Assembly (NCBI GenBank): GCA_963720755.1
Contig: CAVRGP010000013.1
Span: 64,001 to 128,000 of the forward strand
Length of the DNA: 64,000 bases
Direction of reading: 5' to 3'
Source of the DNA: an uncultured Chloroflexia bacterium
GTDB taxonomy: Bacteria; Chloroflexota; Limnocylindria; Limnocylindrales; CSP1-4
Below the pieces are notes generated by a model. That model searched no databases. It was not told the DNA's origin and saw nothing but the letters and a program-made list of their open reading frames with translations. Shown in pieces: positions 20,084 to 29,902 of this stretch (its first letter is position 1; every line of letters begins with the position of its first letter). Both the position numbers and the translations under genes were made by a program.

Positions 20084-23000
20084 CCGGCACGTCGGTGGAC
20101 GCGGACTCGCGCGTCGCGGCTCTGCGCGTGGCCCGCGAGGCGCAGGACCGCTACCGGCTCGAACGCGCTCCGGTGGGCCGACACGGCGACCTCGCCCTGG
20201 CCGACGGTCCGACCGCCCGGGCCGTGGCGGCTTCCATGAACGCGGCTCGAGCGTCCGCCGGGGCGTCGGTCCAGGCCGGTGACGTGGCCGCGCTCAGCCT
20301 CCTCCACGAGATCGCCCACCTGGTCGTCGAGCGGTACGAGACGACGGCCGCCTCTCCGGCCCGGGCGCGCGCCGCCGAGGAGTTGCGGGCAAGGCTGGGG
20401 GCCAAGGGCACGCGCGTCCTCGACCGCTTCTCTGAGGCGTTCCCGGGTCGGCTCCCAGGTCCCGAGCCTGAGGATCACGCCGACCTCGTCGGCGAGCTGC
20501 TCCTGATCCGGCTTGCCAACGAGAACCCGGCAGCCGCTCCGCTCCGCGAGCTGATCGACGATCGCCCACTGACCCGCTCCGCCGTGTACGCCCGGGCGGT
20601 CGACGAACTCGAAGCATTCTTCGCCGGGGCTCGCTTCCCACTCGAGGGAGCGACCGGCGACGGGTCGATCGATCTCCTCGACCTGCTCAGAGCGCCGGCC
20701 CGCCACGCCCCGACGTCACTGGCCGGGCAGCTCCGCTATGTACGGGACCATTGGGCTGCGATCCTGGGCGACGATCTGGGTGGCCTCATTGATCGCCTCG
20801 ACATCGCCCTCGGGATCCTGGCCGAAGAGGAGCACGGCCTCCATATGCGCTTCGGTGGCGGCCTGCCGGGGGCCGGTCCGCACGACGTGCCGGACCTGAC
20901 TGGCCTGGATGCCGAGGTGGAGCGGTTCAGCAGCGATTCGGACTGGATGCCGAAGCTCGTCCTGATGGCCAAGAGCACGTACGTCTGGCTGGACCAGCTG
21001 TCGCGTCGCCACGAGCGCGATATCCGGACGCTGGATGCGATCCCGGACGAGGAGCTGGACACGCTCGCACGCTGGGGTGTCACGGGCCTCTGGCTGATCG
21101 GCCTGTGGCAACGCTCCCAGGCATCGGAGACGATCAAGCGCCGGCGCGGGAACCCGGACGCGGTGGCGTCCGCCTACTCGCTCGACGACTACCGGATCGC
21201 CGACGACCTCGGCGGCGAGGCCGCGTTCGGGCACTTGCGGGATCGCGCCTCCGCTCGCGGGATCCGCCTGGCCAGTGACATGGTGCCGAACCACATGGGG
21301 ATCGACTCGCGCTGGGTCATCGAACACCCGGAGTGGTTCCTGTCCGTCGCCGACCCACCGTATCCGGCCTACACGTTCGGTGGGCCCGACCTGTCACCGG
21401 ACGGGCGGGTCTCGATCGTCCTGGAGGATCACTACTGGGACGCGACCGATGCGGCGGTCGTGTTCAAGCACTACGACCACGGGTCGGGCGTGACCCGCTA
21501 CATCTACCACGGCAACGACGGGACGAGCTTCCCGTGGAACGACACGGCGCAGCTCGACTTCATCAAGGCCGAGGTGCGCGAGCAGGTCATCCGGACCATC
21601 CTGGACGTCGCCCGGCGCTTCCCGGTCATCCGGTTCGACGCGGCGATGGTCCTGGCTCGCAAGCACGTGGAACGCCTGTGGTGGCCGCAGCCGGGCGCTG
21701 GGGACGGCATCCCGTCACGGGCCGAGCATGCGATGCGCAAGGCAGTGTTCGATCGGTTGATGCCGGCCGAATTCTGGCGCGAGGTCGTGGATCGGGTGGC
21801 TGCCGAGGTCCCGGATACGCTCCTGCTGGCCGAGGCCTTCTGGCTGCTCGAGGGCTACTTCGTCCGGACCCTCGGGATGCACCGCGTCTACAACAGCGCG
21901 TTCATGCACATGCTCCGTGACGAGGACAACGCGGGCTACCGAAAGGTCATCCGGGACACCCTCGAGTTCGATCCGGAGATCCTCAAGCGATACGTGAACT
22001 TCATGAGCAATCCGGACGAGGAAACGGCGCTCGAGCAATTCGGTTCGGGCGACAAGTACCTCGGTGTCGCGACGTTGCTGATGACCCTGCCGGGTCTGCC
22101 GATGCTCGGTCACGGTCAGGTGGAGGGCTTCACCGAGAAGTACGGGATGGAATTCCGCCGCGCCCGGCTCGACGAGCGATCCGACGCAGGACTGGTCGCC
22201 CGGCACGAGCAGCACCTCTTCCCCCTCGTCCATCGCCGTGACTGGTTCGCCGAGGCCCACGACTTCCGGCTCTACGACCTGGTTCGCGACGACGGATCGG
22301 TCGACGAGAACGTCTACGCCTACTCGAACGGCACAGGCGAACGCCGCTCGCTCGTCGTCTTCCACAATCGGTTCGGGGATACGGCCGGGACGATCCGCGA
22401 GTCGGCCCCGTTCGCGATCAAGCATGGCGACGGTTCGAAGACGTTGACCCGACGGTCGATCGGCGATGCGCTCGGGATCAGCGGCGATCCGGATGCGTTC
22501 ATCGGGTTCCGTGACGAACGGTCAGGGCTTGAATACCTGCTCCGGGCAACGTCGTTCCGCGACCACGGTTTGCGGTTGACCCTCGACGCCTACCGGTGTC
22601 GCGTGTTCACCGGCTTCCGCGAGCTGGGCGACGCGTCCGGCCGGCCATGGACCAGGCTCGCCGCGGAGATCGGCGATCGTGGTGTCCCAAGCCTCGACGA
22701 TGCGATCCGCGACGTCGAGCTGGCCCCGGTCCATGATGCCCTCCGGGCGGCGGTCGCGGATCCGGCAGCCGTGTCCGCCCTCCTGGCGGCGATCGGAGAC
22801 GCGGTCGGCGCTGGCGTCGACGATGCGGTGGTCCCGCCTCCCCGGTCGACTGGCCGGGCGATCGGGCCCCGACCGGCCGGCCGCCCGCACCCGCCGGCCG
22901 CCGAAACCATCGAGGACCGGGTGGTTCGACGCCGGGCTGCGATCGCAGCGATGCCCACCGATCCGCGCACGACGGCCGTCCTCGTGGCCTGGTCGATCCT

Positions 23001-23433
23001 GGATCCAGTGGTGTCGGTCTACGGATCCGCCGCATTCGCCGATCTGCGCCTGGGCGGGCCGCTCGACCGAGCCGCCGGAGAACGCCACGGCCTCGATGGC
23101 ACGGCCGCCCATGACGTCGGGTGGGACGGCGCGATCCTTGTCGCGGCATCGGTGGCCCCCGTCACGCCGGATCGGGCGCGCCTCGCCGCGTGGTTGGCGG
23201 ACCCCACCATGCGGGACGTGCTGCACGTCCACGAGTGGGAGGGCCGCGAGTACTTCGACGGCGTCGCGCTGGCCACGATCGTGGATCGACTGGCCCTGGC
23301 GGCCGTCACGGACGGTGCCACATCGAGGACGGCGCGGGCACGATCGGCCCGGCTGCGCAGGATCGCCAGGGACGCCGATTATCGCGTCGACGCGATCGCT
23401 CCGCGACGCGCGCGGCGGCCGGTCGATCGCTGA
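20080..23433 (+). CDS. Large GH13 alpha-amylase-family protein of unknown specificity
   Basis: [29 protein letters not shown]; long N- and C-terminal extensions; ATGA overlap with treS. Confidence 0.85.
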   Translation: MTGTSVDADSRVAALRVAREAQDRYRLERAPVGRHGDLALADGPTARAVAASMNAARASAGASVQAGDVAALSLLHEIAHLVVERYETTAASPARARAAEELRARLGAKGTRVLDRFSEAFPGRLPGPEPEDHADLVGELLLIRLANENPAAAPLRELIDDRPLTRSAVYARAVDELEAFFAGARFPLEGATGDGSIDLLDLLRAPARHAPTSLAGQLRYVRDHWAAILGDDLGGLIDRLDIALGILAEEEHGLHMRFGGGLPGAGPHDVPDLTGLDAEVERFSSDSDWMPKLVLMAKSTYVWLDQLSRRHERDIRTLDAIPDEELDTLARWGVTGLWLIGLWQRSQASETIKRRRGNPDAVASAYSLDDYRIADDLGGEAAFGHLRDRASARGIRLASDMVPNHMGIDSRWVIEHPEWFLSVADPPYPAYTFGGPDLSPDGRVSIVLEDHYWDATDAAVVFKHYDHGSGVTRYIYHGNDGTSFPWNDTAQLDFIKAEVREQVIRTILDVARRFPVIRFDAAMVLARKHVERLWWPQPGAGDGIPSRAEHAMRKAVFDRLMPAEFWREVVDRVAAEVPDTLLLAEAFWLLEGYFVRTLGMHRVYNSAFMHMLRDEDNAGYRKVIRDTLEFDPEILKRYVNFMSNPDEETALEQFGSGDKYLGVATLLMTLPGLPMLGHGQVEGFTEKYGMEFRRARLDERSDAGLVARHEQHLFPLVHRRDWFAEAHDFRLYDLVRDDGSVDENVYAYSNGTGERRSLVVFHNRFGDTAGTIRESAPFAIKHGDGSKTLTRRSIGDALGISGDPDAFIGFRDERSGLEYLLRATSFRDHGLRLTLDAYRCRVFTGFRELGDASGRPWTRLAAEIGDRGVPSLDDAIRDVELAPVHDALRAAVADPAAVSALLAAIGDAVGAGVDDAVVPPPRSTGRAIGPRPAGRPHPPAAETIEDRVVRRRAAIAAMPTDPRTTAVLVAWSILDPVVSVYGSAAFADLRLGGPLDRAAGERHGLDGTAAHDVGWDGAILVAASVAPVTPDRARLAAWLADPTMRDVLHVHEWEGREYFDGVALATIVDRLALAAVTDGATSRTARARSARLRRIARDADYRVDAIAPRRARRPVDR

Positions 23434-23535
23434 CGCTGCGCACCCGATCGCGCGGTCCATCCCGGGCATCCACCGCTATCATGGCGGTCCCCGCCGCGCG
23501 GCGGGATCAGGGATCGAAGAGCAGGGGGCCACAGC

Positions 23536-25878
23536 ATGCCGAAGCGTTTCCGCGGCGTCGTCAACGTCGACATCAAGGACTCGACGCCGGACTGGACCCC
23601 ATTCGAGCAGCCGAAGGCCCCCGACGGGTCCCCGAACATCGTCTACATCGTCCTTGACGATGTCGGCTTCAGCGCGATGGAACCCTACGGCGGGCCGATC
23701 GAGACACCGAACATCAAGCGGATCGCCGAGCGCGGCCTGACCTATACGAACTTCCACACGACGGCGCTCTGTTCACCGACCCGGTCGTGCCTGCTCACTG
23801 GGCGGAACCACACGAGCAACGGGATGGGCTGCATCACCGAGGCGACCTCCGGGTTCCCGAATGCCAACGGCCACATCCCGTTCGAGAACGCGAACCTGGC
23901 CGAACTGCTCGTCGAGCACGGCTGGAACACGTACATCGTCGGCAAGTGGCACCTCTGCGCCGAAGACGAGATGAACCTCGCCTCCTCGAAGCGCCAGTGG
24001 CCGCTCGGGCGAGGTTTCGAGCGGTTCTACGGGTTCCTGGGTGGCGAGACCAACCAGTGGTATCCGGATCTCGTCTATGACAACCATCCGGTCGCCCCGC
24101 CGTCGACCCCGGAGGAGGGCTATCACCTGACGGTCGACCTCACCGACAAGGCGATGGAGTTCGTCAAGGACGCCAAGGCGATCGCGCCGGACAAGCCGTT
24201 CTTCCTGTACTACTGCCCTGGGGCTGCCCATGCGCCGCATCACGCCCCGAAAGACTGGATCGACCGGTACAAGGGCAAGTTCGACATGGGCTACGAGGCG
24301 ATCCGCGAGACGATCTTCGAGCGCCAGAAGGCCCTTGGGATCCTGGCTCCCGGAGCGGACCTCTCGCCGATCGATCCATACGTCGATACGACCAGTCACG
24401 ACGGCAAGCCCTGGTCGATGGGCGACCGGGTCCGGCCGTGGGACTCACTGTCGGCCGATGAGCAGCGCTTGTTCTCGCGGATGGCCGAGGTCTACGCCGG
24501 GTTCCTGAGTCACGCCGACCACGAGATCGGCCGGCTGCTCGACTTCCTCGAGGATTCGGGCCAGATCGATAACACGATCATCGTGCTCGTATCCGACAAC
24601 GGCGCATCGGGTGAGGGCGGACCGAACGGATCGGTCAACGAGAACAAGTTCTTCAACGGGATCCCCGACACGATCGAGGAAAACCTGAAGCATCTCGACG
24701 CGCTCGGCAGCCCCACGACGTACAACCACTACCCGACCGGTTGGGCGTGGGCGTTCAACACCCCGTTCAAGCTCTGGAAGCGGTACGCGAACTTCGAGGG
24801 TGGGACGGCCGATCCGCTGATCGTCTCGTGGCCCGCCCGGATCGACAAGCCGGGCCTGCGCCGCCAGTACAACCACGCGGTCGACATCGTGCCCACGTTG
24901 CTCGAGGTGCTCGATCTCGAGTTGCCCGACGTGGTCAAGGGGTACACCCAGGCGCCGATCGAGGGTGTCGACTTCTCGAATTCCTTCGACGATCCCGACG
25001 CCCCGACACGGAAGGAAACCCAGTTCTACTCGATGCTGGGCACCCGCGCGATCTGGCACCGTGGTTGGAAGGCGGCCACCGCAGTGCCCGCGGCCCCGGA
25101 GTCATGGGGCGATTTCGCCCAGCAGCGCTGGGAGTTGTACGACACCGACTCCGATCCGAGTGAGTGCCACGACCTGGCGGCCGAGCAACCGGTCAAGCTG
25201 CAGGAGTTGATCGCCCTGTGGTGGGCCGAGGCGGGCGCCTACCAGGCGCTGCCGCTCGAATCCCGTGGGGCCGTCGAGATCCTGACCACGCCACGACCCG
25301 AGATGTCCAGCCCTCGGAACCGCTACATCTATTACCCAGGCGGCGCCGACATCCCGGAGTCGCAGACCCCGAACATCCGAAACCGCTCGTACACGATCGC
25401 GGCCGAGGTCGAGATCGGTTCGGTCGACGCCAGCGGCGTCCTGTTCGCCCAGGGATCGCGCTTCGGCGGTCATGCCCTGTACCTGAAGGATGGCGTCCTC
25501 AAGTACGCCTACAATTTCATCGGCGAGCGGCTCCAGACGATCGAGGCCGATGCACCCCTGCCGCTCGGGCACGTGGTCCTGTCGGCGACCTTCGAGCGCG
25601 AGGGGACGTCGATGCCGACGACCGGGACGCTCACCCTGCACATCCGCGACAAGGCGGTCGGGGCTGGGACGATCATGACCCAGCCGGGCAAGTTCGGGCT
25701 GGGCGGCGGCGGTCTGGTCGTCGGTCGGTCCGGATCCGAGGTCGTGACCGACGACTTCGGTGGCGCTGCCCCGCACGCACTCAGCGGCGGTTCACTGACG
25801 AAGGTCGTGATCGACGTCAGCGGTGAGCCGTTCGTCGACCTGGCCCGGGAAGCCGCGGCGATCTTCGCTCGCCAATGA
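23536..25878 (+). CDS. Arylsulfatase (formylglycine-dependent, cytoplasmic)
   Basis: IVLDDVGF, LCSPTRSCLLTGR (CxPxR), GKWH, SDNG; no signal peptide. Confidence 0.93.
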   Translation: MPKRFRGVVNVDIKDSTPDWTPFEQPKAPDGSPNIVYIVLDDVGFSAMEPYGGPIETPNIKRIAERGLTYTNFHTTALCSPTRSCLLTGRNHTSNGMGCITEATSGFPNANGHIPFENANLAELLVEHGWNTYIVGKWHLCAEDEMNLASSKRQWPLGRGFERFYGFLGGETNQWYPDLVYDNHPVAPPSTPEEGYHLTVDLTDKAMEFVKDAKAIAPDKPFFLYYCPGAAHAPHHAPKDWIDRYKGKFDMGYEAIRETIFERQKALGILAPGADLSPIDPYVDTTSHDGKPWSMGDRVRPWDSLSADEQRLFSRMAEVYAGFLSHADHEIGRLLDFLEDSGQIDNTIIVLVSDNGASGEGGPNGSVNENKFFNGIPDTIEENLKHLDALGSPTTYNHYPTGWAWAFNTPFKLWKRYANFEGGTADPLIVSWPARIDKPGLRRQYNHAVDIVPTLLEVLDLELPDVVKGYTQAPIEGVDFSNSFDDPDAPTRKETQFYSMLGTRAIWHRGWKAATAVPAAPESWGDFAQQRWELYDTDSDPSECHDLAAEQPVKLQELIALWWAEAGAYQALPLESRGAVEILTTPRPEMSSPRNRYIYYPGGADIPESQTPNIRNRSYTIAAEVEIGSVDASGVLFAQGSRFGGHALYLKDGVLKYAYNFIGERLQTIEADAPLPLGHVVLSATFEREGTSMPTTGTLTLHIRDKAVGAGTIMTQPGKFGLGGGGLVVGRSGSEVVTDDFGGAAPHALSGGSLTKVVIDVSGEPFVDLAREAAAIFARQ

Positions 25879-25921
25879 TCCGGTCGTCGCGTCGGGCGAC
25901 GCGACGGGTATCATCGACGGG

Positions 25922-27103
25922 ATGACTGAGGGAGGGCGACTCGGCATGGATGGGGCTCCGGCGTGCCCGTTCGTCGCCTTCGGCGACGAACGCGAAAGCC
26001 GCTCGACCAGTCCGGATCATCGGCACCGTTGCTTCGCCGAGACTCCGCCCGCGCCGCGGGCCGCCGCGCATCAGGAGGCGTACTGCCTCTCGAGCGCGTT
26101 CCCGGTCTGCCCGACGTTCCAGGATTGGGCTCGACGCGAGGCAGCGCATGCGCGCGGCGACGGATCCGCGGCCGAATCGGCTCCGACGGCGACGGCGATG
26201 GCGCCGGCACCGCGCGAGGAACCGACCGGGGACGATGACGATCTGGATATCGCCTCGGACGACGATCGGATCGACGATGACGATCGGATCGACGATAAGG
26301 ACGAGCTGCCGGCTCACCGCAATCCGCCGCGGGACTGGGCCGCCCCGCCACCCTGGGCCAGCGGCGCGACATCGGCCGGAACGCCCCGGTCCACCGCACC
26401 GGTCGTTGGCGCCGCCGCGGCGTCTGCCGACGCCGCTCGGTACGGCGGTCAGCCCGCCGAAGCCCGTGGTCTGGCCGGGAGCGCGGCGGATCGCCTGGCG
26501 AACGGCCTGCCGGTCGGAGCGGAACCGCAGGCGTCGGACGAGGAACTGGCCGGTCTCGCGCAGAGCCGATCCAGAAGTGTCACCGCGCCGGCGACGCCGA
26601 CGTCCGTGAGTCCACCGCCCCCCAGCCGACCGCCCGCGCCCGCCGGCCGTCGACCGTCGGTCAGTTCGACCCGATCGAGCGCGCCCGTGATCCCGGGACC
26701 GTCGTGGGAGCACATGCGCCGCTACGAGGCGTATCCGACGATCAAGACCCGGGCCGGCCTGCCCGGCATCCCCCGGATCGCACTCCTCGGCGGGGCGCTG
26801 GCCATCGCGGCCCTTGCCCTGTTCATGCTGCCGGCGTTGCTCGGCGTGGGCGGGAGCGGTCCAGCGCCCAGCCCGACGCCCAGCCCGGTCACCGCCACGC
26901 CCAGTCCATCACCCACGATCCCGCCCGAGCCGACCCCGCAGGTGTACGTCGTCGCTGCCGGTGACAGCCTCGGGAAGATCGCCAACAAGTTCGGCCTGAC
27001 CGTGGACGACCTGCTGGCGGCGAACCCGGACATCAAGAACCCGAACAAGATCGCGGTCGGCCAGGAGATCATCATCCCGGTGCCAGGCGCGACCGCTTCC
27101 TGA
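25922..27103 (+). CDS. Membrane-anchored LysM protein with N-terminal Cys-rich domain
   Basis: C-terminal YVVAAGDSLGKIANKFGLTVDDLLAANP LysM; one TM helix; Pro/Thr linker; N-terminal CPF..HRC..CL..CP. Confidence 0.88.
   Translation: MTEGGRLGMDGAPACPFVAFGDERESRSTSPDHRHRCFAETPPAPRAAAHQEAYCLSSAFPVCPTFQDWARREAAHARGDGSAAESAPTATAMAPAPREEPTGDDDDLDIASDDDRIDDDDRIDDKDELPAHRNPPRDWAAPPPWASGATSAGTPRSTAPVVGAAAASADAARYGGQPAEARGLAGSAADRLANGLPVGAEPQASDEELAGLAQSRSRSVTAPATPTSVSPPPPSRPPAPAGRRPSVSSTRSSAPVIPGPSWEHMRRYEAYPTIKTRAGLPGIPRIALLGGALAIAALALFMLPALLGVGGSGPAPSPTPSPVTATPSPSPTIPPEPTPQVYVVAAGDSLGKIANKFGLTVDDLLAANPDIKNPNKIAVGQEIIIPVPGATAS
26258..26296 (+). repeat. Short coding tandem repeat (DDDRI/DDDDRI)
   Basis: gacgatcggatcgacgat occurs twice with an 18-bp period. 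Confidence 0.7.
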
Positions 27104-27135
27104 TCGAGGCTCCCGGCCGCCCGCGGACGTGATGT

Positions 27136-27465
27136 CTAGCGGGGCGCGATGTTGATCGCGGTGATCTTCCCGGCTTCGACCCGAAAGGTCGCATCGATGT
27201 GCTGACTCTGGGCGCCCGGTCGTACCACGAGGAGGTCCGCCTCCCAGGTGTTGCCGGTGTCCCGGATGTCGCCGGGGATCATCCGCAGGCCCTTCTCGCT
27301 GCGCAGGAACCAGCCACCGACCCGTTCCACGCCCCGCAGCGTCTGGACGCTGTCGCCGACATGTACCCGCATCTCGGTCTTCTCGTCCATCAGCGCGACC
27401 GCGGCCTCGCGATCGCCGCCGTTCAACTTCTCGAAGAAGTCTTCCATCGTCTCGACAGCACCCAT
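27136..27465 (-). CDS. Small SnoaL/NTF2-like protein
   Basis: FFEKLNGGDREAAVALMDE and FRVEAGKITAI pattern; strong GC3 codon bias. Confidence 0.7.
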   Translation of the reverse strand: MGAVETMEDFFEKLNGGDREAAVALMDEKTEMRVHVGDSVQTLRGVERVGGWFLRSEKGLRMIPGDIRDTGNTWEADLLVVRPGAQSQHIDATFRVEAGKITAINIAPR

Positions 27466-27490
27466 CCGCGGAGTGTACCGTCGGCCGCCC

Positions 27491-28141
27491 ATGGGTGCCC
27501 AGCTGGAGTCCATCTGGCCGCTGTTCGCGCTCCGTCTCCGGACGGAGCGACTGGTGCTGCGCCTCCCGACCGATGACGACCTCATCCGGCTCATCGACCT
27601 GGCCGGGGCCGGGATCCACGAACCGGGCACGATGCCCTTCGGCGTGGCCTGGTCGACCCTGCCGAGCCCGGCGTTCGAGCGAGGGGCGATCCAGCACCAC
27701 TGGCTTCGGCGGGCGACCTGGACGCCCGCCGACTGGGGTCTCAACCTGCTCGTCGAGCACGACGATCAGGTGGTCGGCTCGCAGGGCCTGTATGCCGTCG
27801 ACTTCGCCATCGGCCGGTCCGTCCACACCGGATCCTGGCTGGGTCGCGCGTTCCAGGGCCGCGGGTTCGGCACGGAGATGCGCACGGCGGTGCTCGGGTT
27901 CGCGTTCGACGGACTCGGGGCGCAGATCGCGACCAGCGAAGCGTTCCTCGACAATGCCGCGTCCAACGGCGTGTCGCGGTCCCTCGGCTATGAAGACAAC
28001 GGGATCGGCAGCCTGGCGCCGGAAGGCGTCGCCCGCGAGACGCGCCGGTTTCGGATGACCGTGGACGGCTGGCGGGCACGACCGAGACCGTCGGTCGTCA
28101 TCGAAGGACTCGATGCCTGTCGTGATCTCTTCGGAGCCTGA
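27491..28141 (+). CDS. GNAT N-acetyltransferase (RimJ/RimL-like)
   Basis: LRTERLVLR, TGSWLGRAFQGRGFGTEMR, NAASNGVSRSLGY. Confidence 0.9.
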   Translation: MGAQLESIWPLFALRLRTERLVLRLPTDDDLIRLIDLAGAGIHEPGTMPFGVAWSTLPSPAFERGAIQHHWLRRATWTPADWGLNLLVEHDDQVVGSQGLYAVDFAIGRSVHTGSWLGRAFQGRGFGTEMRTAVLGFAFDGLGAQIATSEAFLDNAASNGVSRSLGYEDNGIGSLAPEGVARETRRFRMTVDGWRARPRPSVVIEGLDACRDLFGA

Positions 28142-28159
28142 CGAGCCCCGTCCCGCCGG

Positions 28160-29902
28160 TTAGAAGCCGCCGCCCGCGCCGCCGCCGCCGCCGCCGGACG
28201 ACCCCCCGCCGAACCCGCCGCCGCCACCGCCCGACGAGGACGGCGAATTGCCGATCGTCCCCAGCGCCGACATCATCCCGCCGATGTCCGGGATGCCCGA
28301 GTCGGAGAACAGGCTGCCGCCGCTGCCGCTCGCTCCGGAACCGAGGAACGGCGTGCCGTTCGAGGTCTGGTACCAGTACGGGAAGTACGCACCCGTGGTT
28401 CCGGCGCGGCCTGCCTTCACGTCGTCGAGCGAGCGCGAGAGCACCGCCTCGATCTCGCCCTGCAGCCCGAATGCCGTGCCCCACACGACCGCCTGGTCGG
28501 GCGTGTCGAGCCAATCGAGTCCGGCCTCGTCCACCACCTGCTGCATCGATCGCGCCTGGGCCATCGTCTTCTGGAGGGTCCGACCATAGGCTGCCAGCAT
28601 CGCCCGGATGACCGCACCGGGCATCGTGACGGCCGGCATCCAGCGAGCGATGATGGCGATGACCACGCCACCGGCGATGGCGGCGCCTCCGATGAGCGTC
28701 ATCCCGGATATCGGGACGTTGACCCCGATGACGACGGCGATGACGCCCAGGATGATGGCGATGACGCCGCGTCCGACCCAACGGTTCACCACGCTGCTGG
28801 GTCGCTGCCCGAACCAGCCCCGATCGACGACATGTACCTCGAGGGCTCGGTCGAACCCGGCCACGTCCGTCCCGAACTTCGGCAGGTCCTCCGAGCTGAT
28901 CAGCCCGCTGCTATCGTCGCCGAGCTTGCGCAGCTTGGAGAGTGCGAGATCCTCAGCCGGTCCGGTCGGGCGACGCCGATTGCGAGCGCGCTGCGCCTCG
29001 ACCTCGGTGTCGCCGGGCTGCGGATCGACGTCGATGCTGACTTTCCGATGCTTGATGATCAGCCCCTCCTCTTCCTCCCGGAAGCTGATCAGACCGCGCG
29101 ACGCGAGATCGAGCATCGCTGTGGTGAGTGCCCGGCGGGAGATGGATCCGTCCATGATCAGCGCGCCGGAGGCCGCGGTCAGGGCCGGTGGCGGGGCGGG
29201 CATCAGGATCGACGGGTCGTCCAGGTAGACCGGATCCTTGCCGAACCGCCGCCAGGAGAACAACGCCCACCCGACGAGGCCCATGAACACGACGGGAGCG
29301 CCGACCAGCCCGAGCACCGCGTTGAATTGGCGCGACTGCTGGAGGGCCGCCGCATGCTCCGGGGTCGCGGCTGCGTCGACCTTCTCGAGCGCGACGCCGA
29401 GCGCCGCATCGAAGTCACCGATCTTCAGGTACGGCAGCATGTCGTTCTCGAAGATGGCCTGGCGCTCGTCGTTCGACAGGTATGCCTGCTCGAAACCGGG
29501 CGCCGCGTAGAGCTGGACCTGGCCATGCTGGAGGTTCGGCTCCATGTCGAAGAAGATGACCATGCCGTCGTTGAACCCGGCCCGGCCGATGCCCCACTGG
29601 TCGATCAACGCCCGGGCCTTGGCGTTGGTCTCGTCGGTCGACGGGTAGGTGCCGCTGTCCTGGGTGTAGACGACGACTTCGGCGCCGGTGCGTGCCTCGA
29701 TCGCGTCGATCGTCGCCTCCGCCTGGGCGATCGCGGCCGGCGACAGGATCCCGGCGTAGTCGTAGACCGCCTGGTTCACCACCGGGTCGGGGAATGGGGG
29801 TCCGGGCGGGGGTGCGGCCGACACCAGGGCGACGGCCATCGCGGCCAGCCACAGCGCGCCGAGCACGGCGGAGACGGTCCGACGCCAACTCATGGCGTTC
29901 AT
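28160..29902 (-). CDS. TPM-domain / DUF2207-like membrane protein with Gly-rich tail
   Basis: Signal peptide; VYDYAGILS and WGIGRAGFNDG (TPM); TTAMLDLASRGLI; GGGFGGGSSGGGGGG tail. Confidence 0.82.
   Translation of the reverse strand: MNAMSWRRTVSAVLGALWLAAMAVALVSAAPPPGPPFPDPVVNQAVYDYAGILSPAAIAQAEATIDAIEARTGAEVVVYTQDSGTYPSTDETNAKARALIDQWGIGRAGFNDGMVIFFDMEPNLQHGQVQLYAAPGFEQAYLSNDERQAIFENDMLPYLKIGDFDAALGVALEKVDAAATPEHAAALQQSRQFNAVLGLVGAPVVFMGLVGWALFSWRRFGKDPVYLDDPSILMPAPPPALTAASGALIMDGSISRRALTTAMLDLASRGLISFREEEEGLIIKHRKVSIDVDPQPGDTEVEAQRARNRRRPTGPAEDLALSKLRKLGDDSSGLISSEDLPKFGTDVAGFDRALEVHVVDRGWFGQRPSSVVNRWVGRGVIAIILGVIAVVIGVNVPISGMTLIGGAAIAGGVVIAIIARWMPAVTMPGAVIRAMLAAYGRTLQKTMAQARSMQQVVDEAGLDWLDTPDQAVVWGTAFGLQGEIEAVLSRSLDDVKAGRAGTTGAYFPYWYQTSNGTPFLGSGASGSGGSLFSDSGIPDIGGMMSALGTIGNSPSSSGGGGGGFGGGSSGGGGGGAGGGF

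Noticed and set aside
28160-28240. GCC-rich low-complexity tract
   Set aside because: It encodes the usual Gly-rich tail of TPM/DUF2207 proteins
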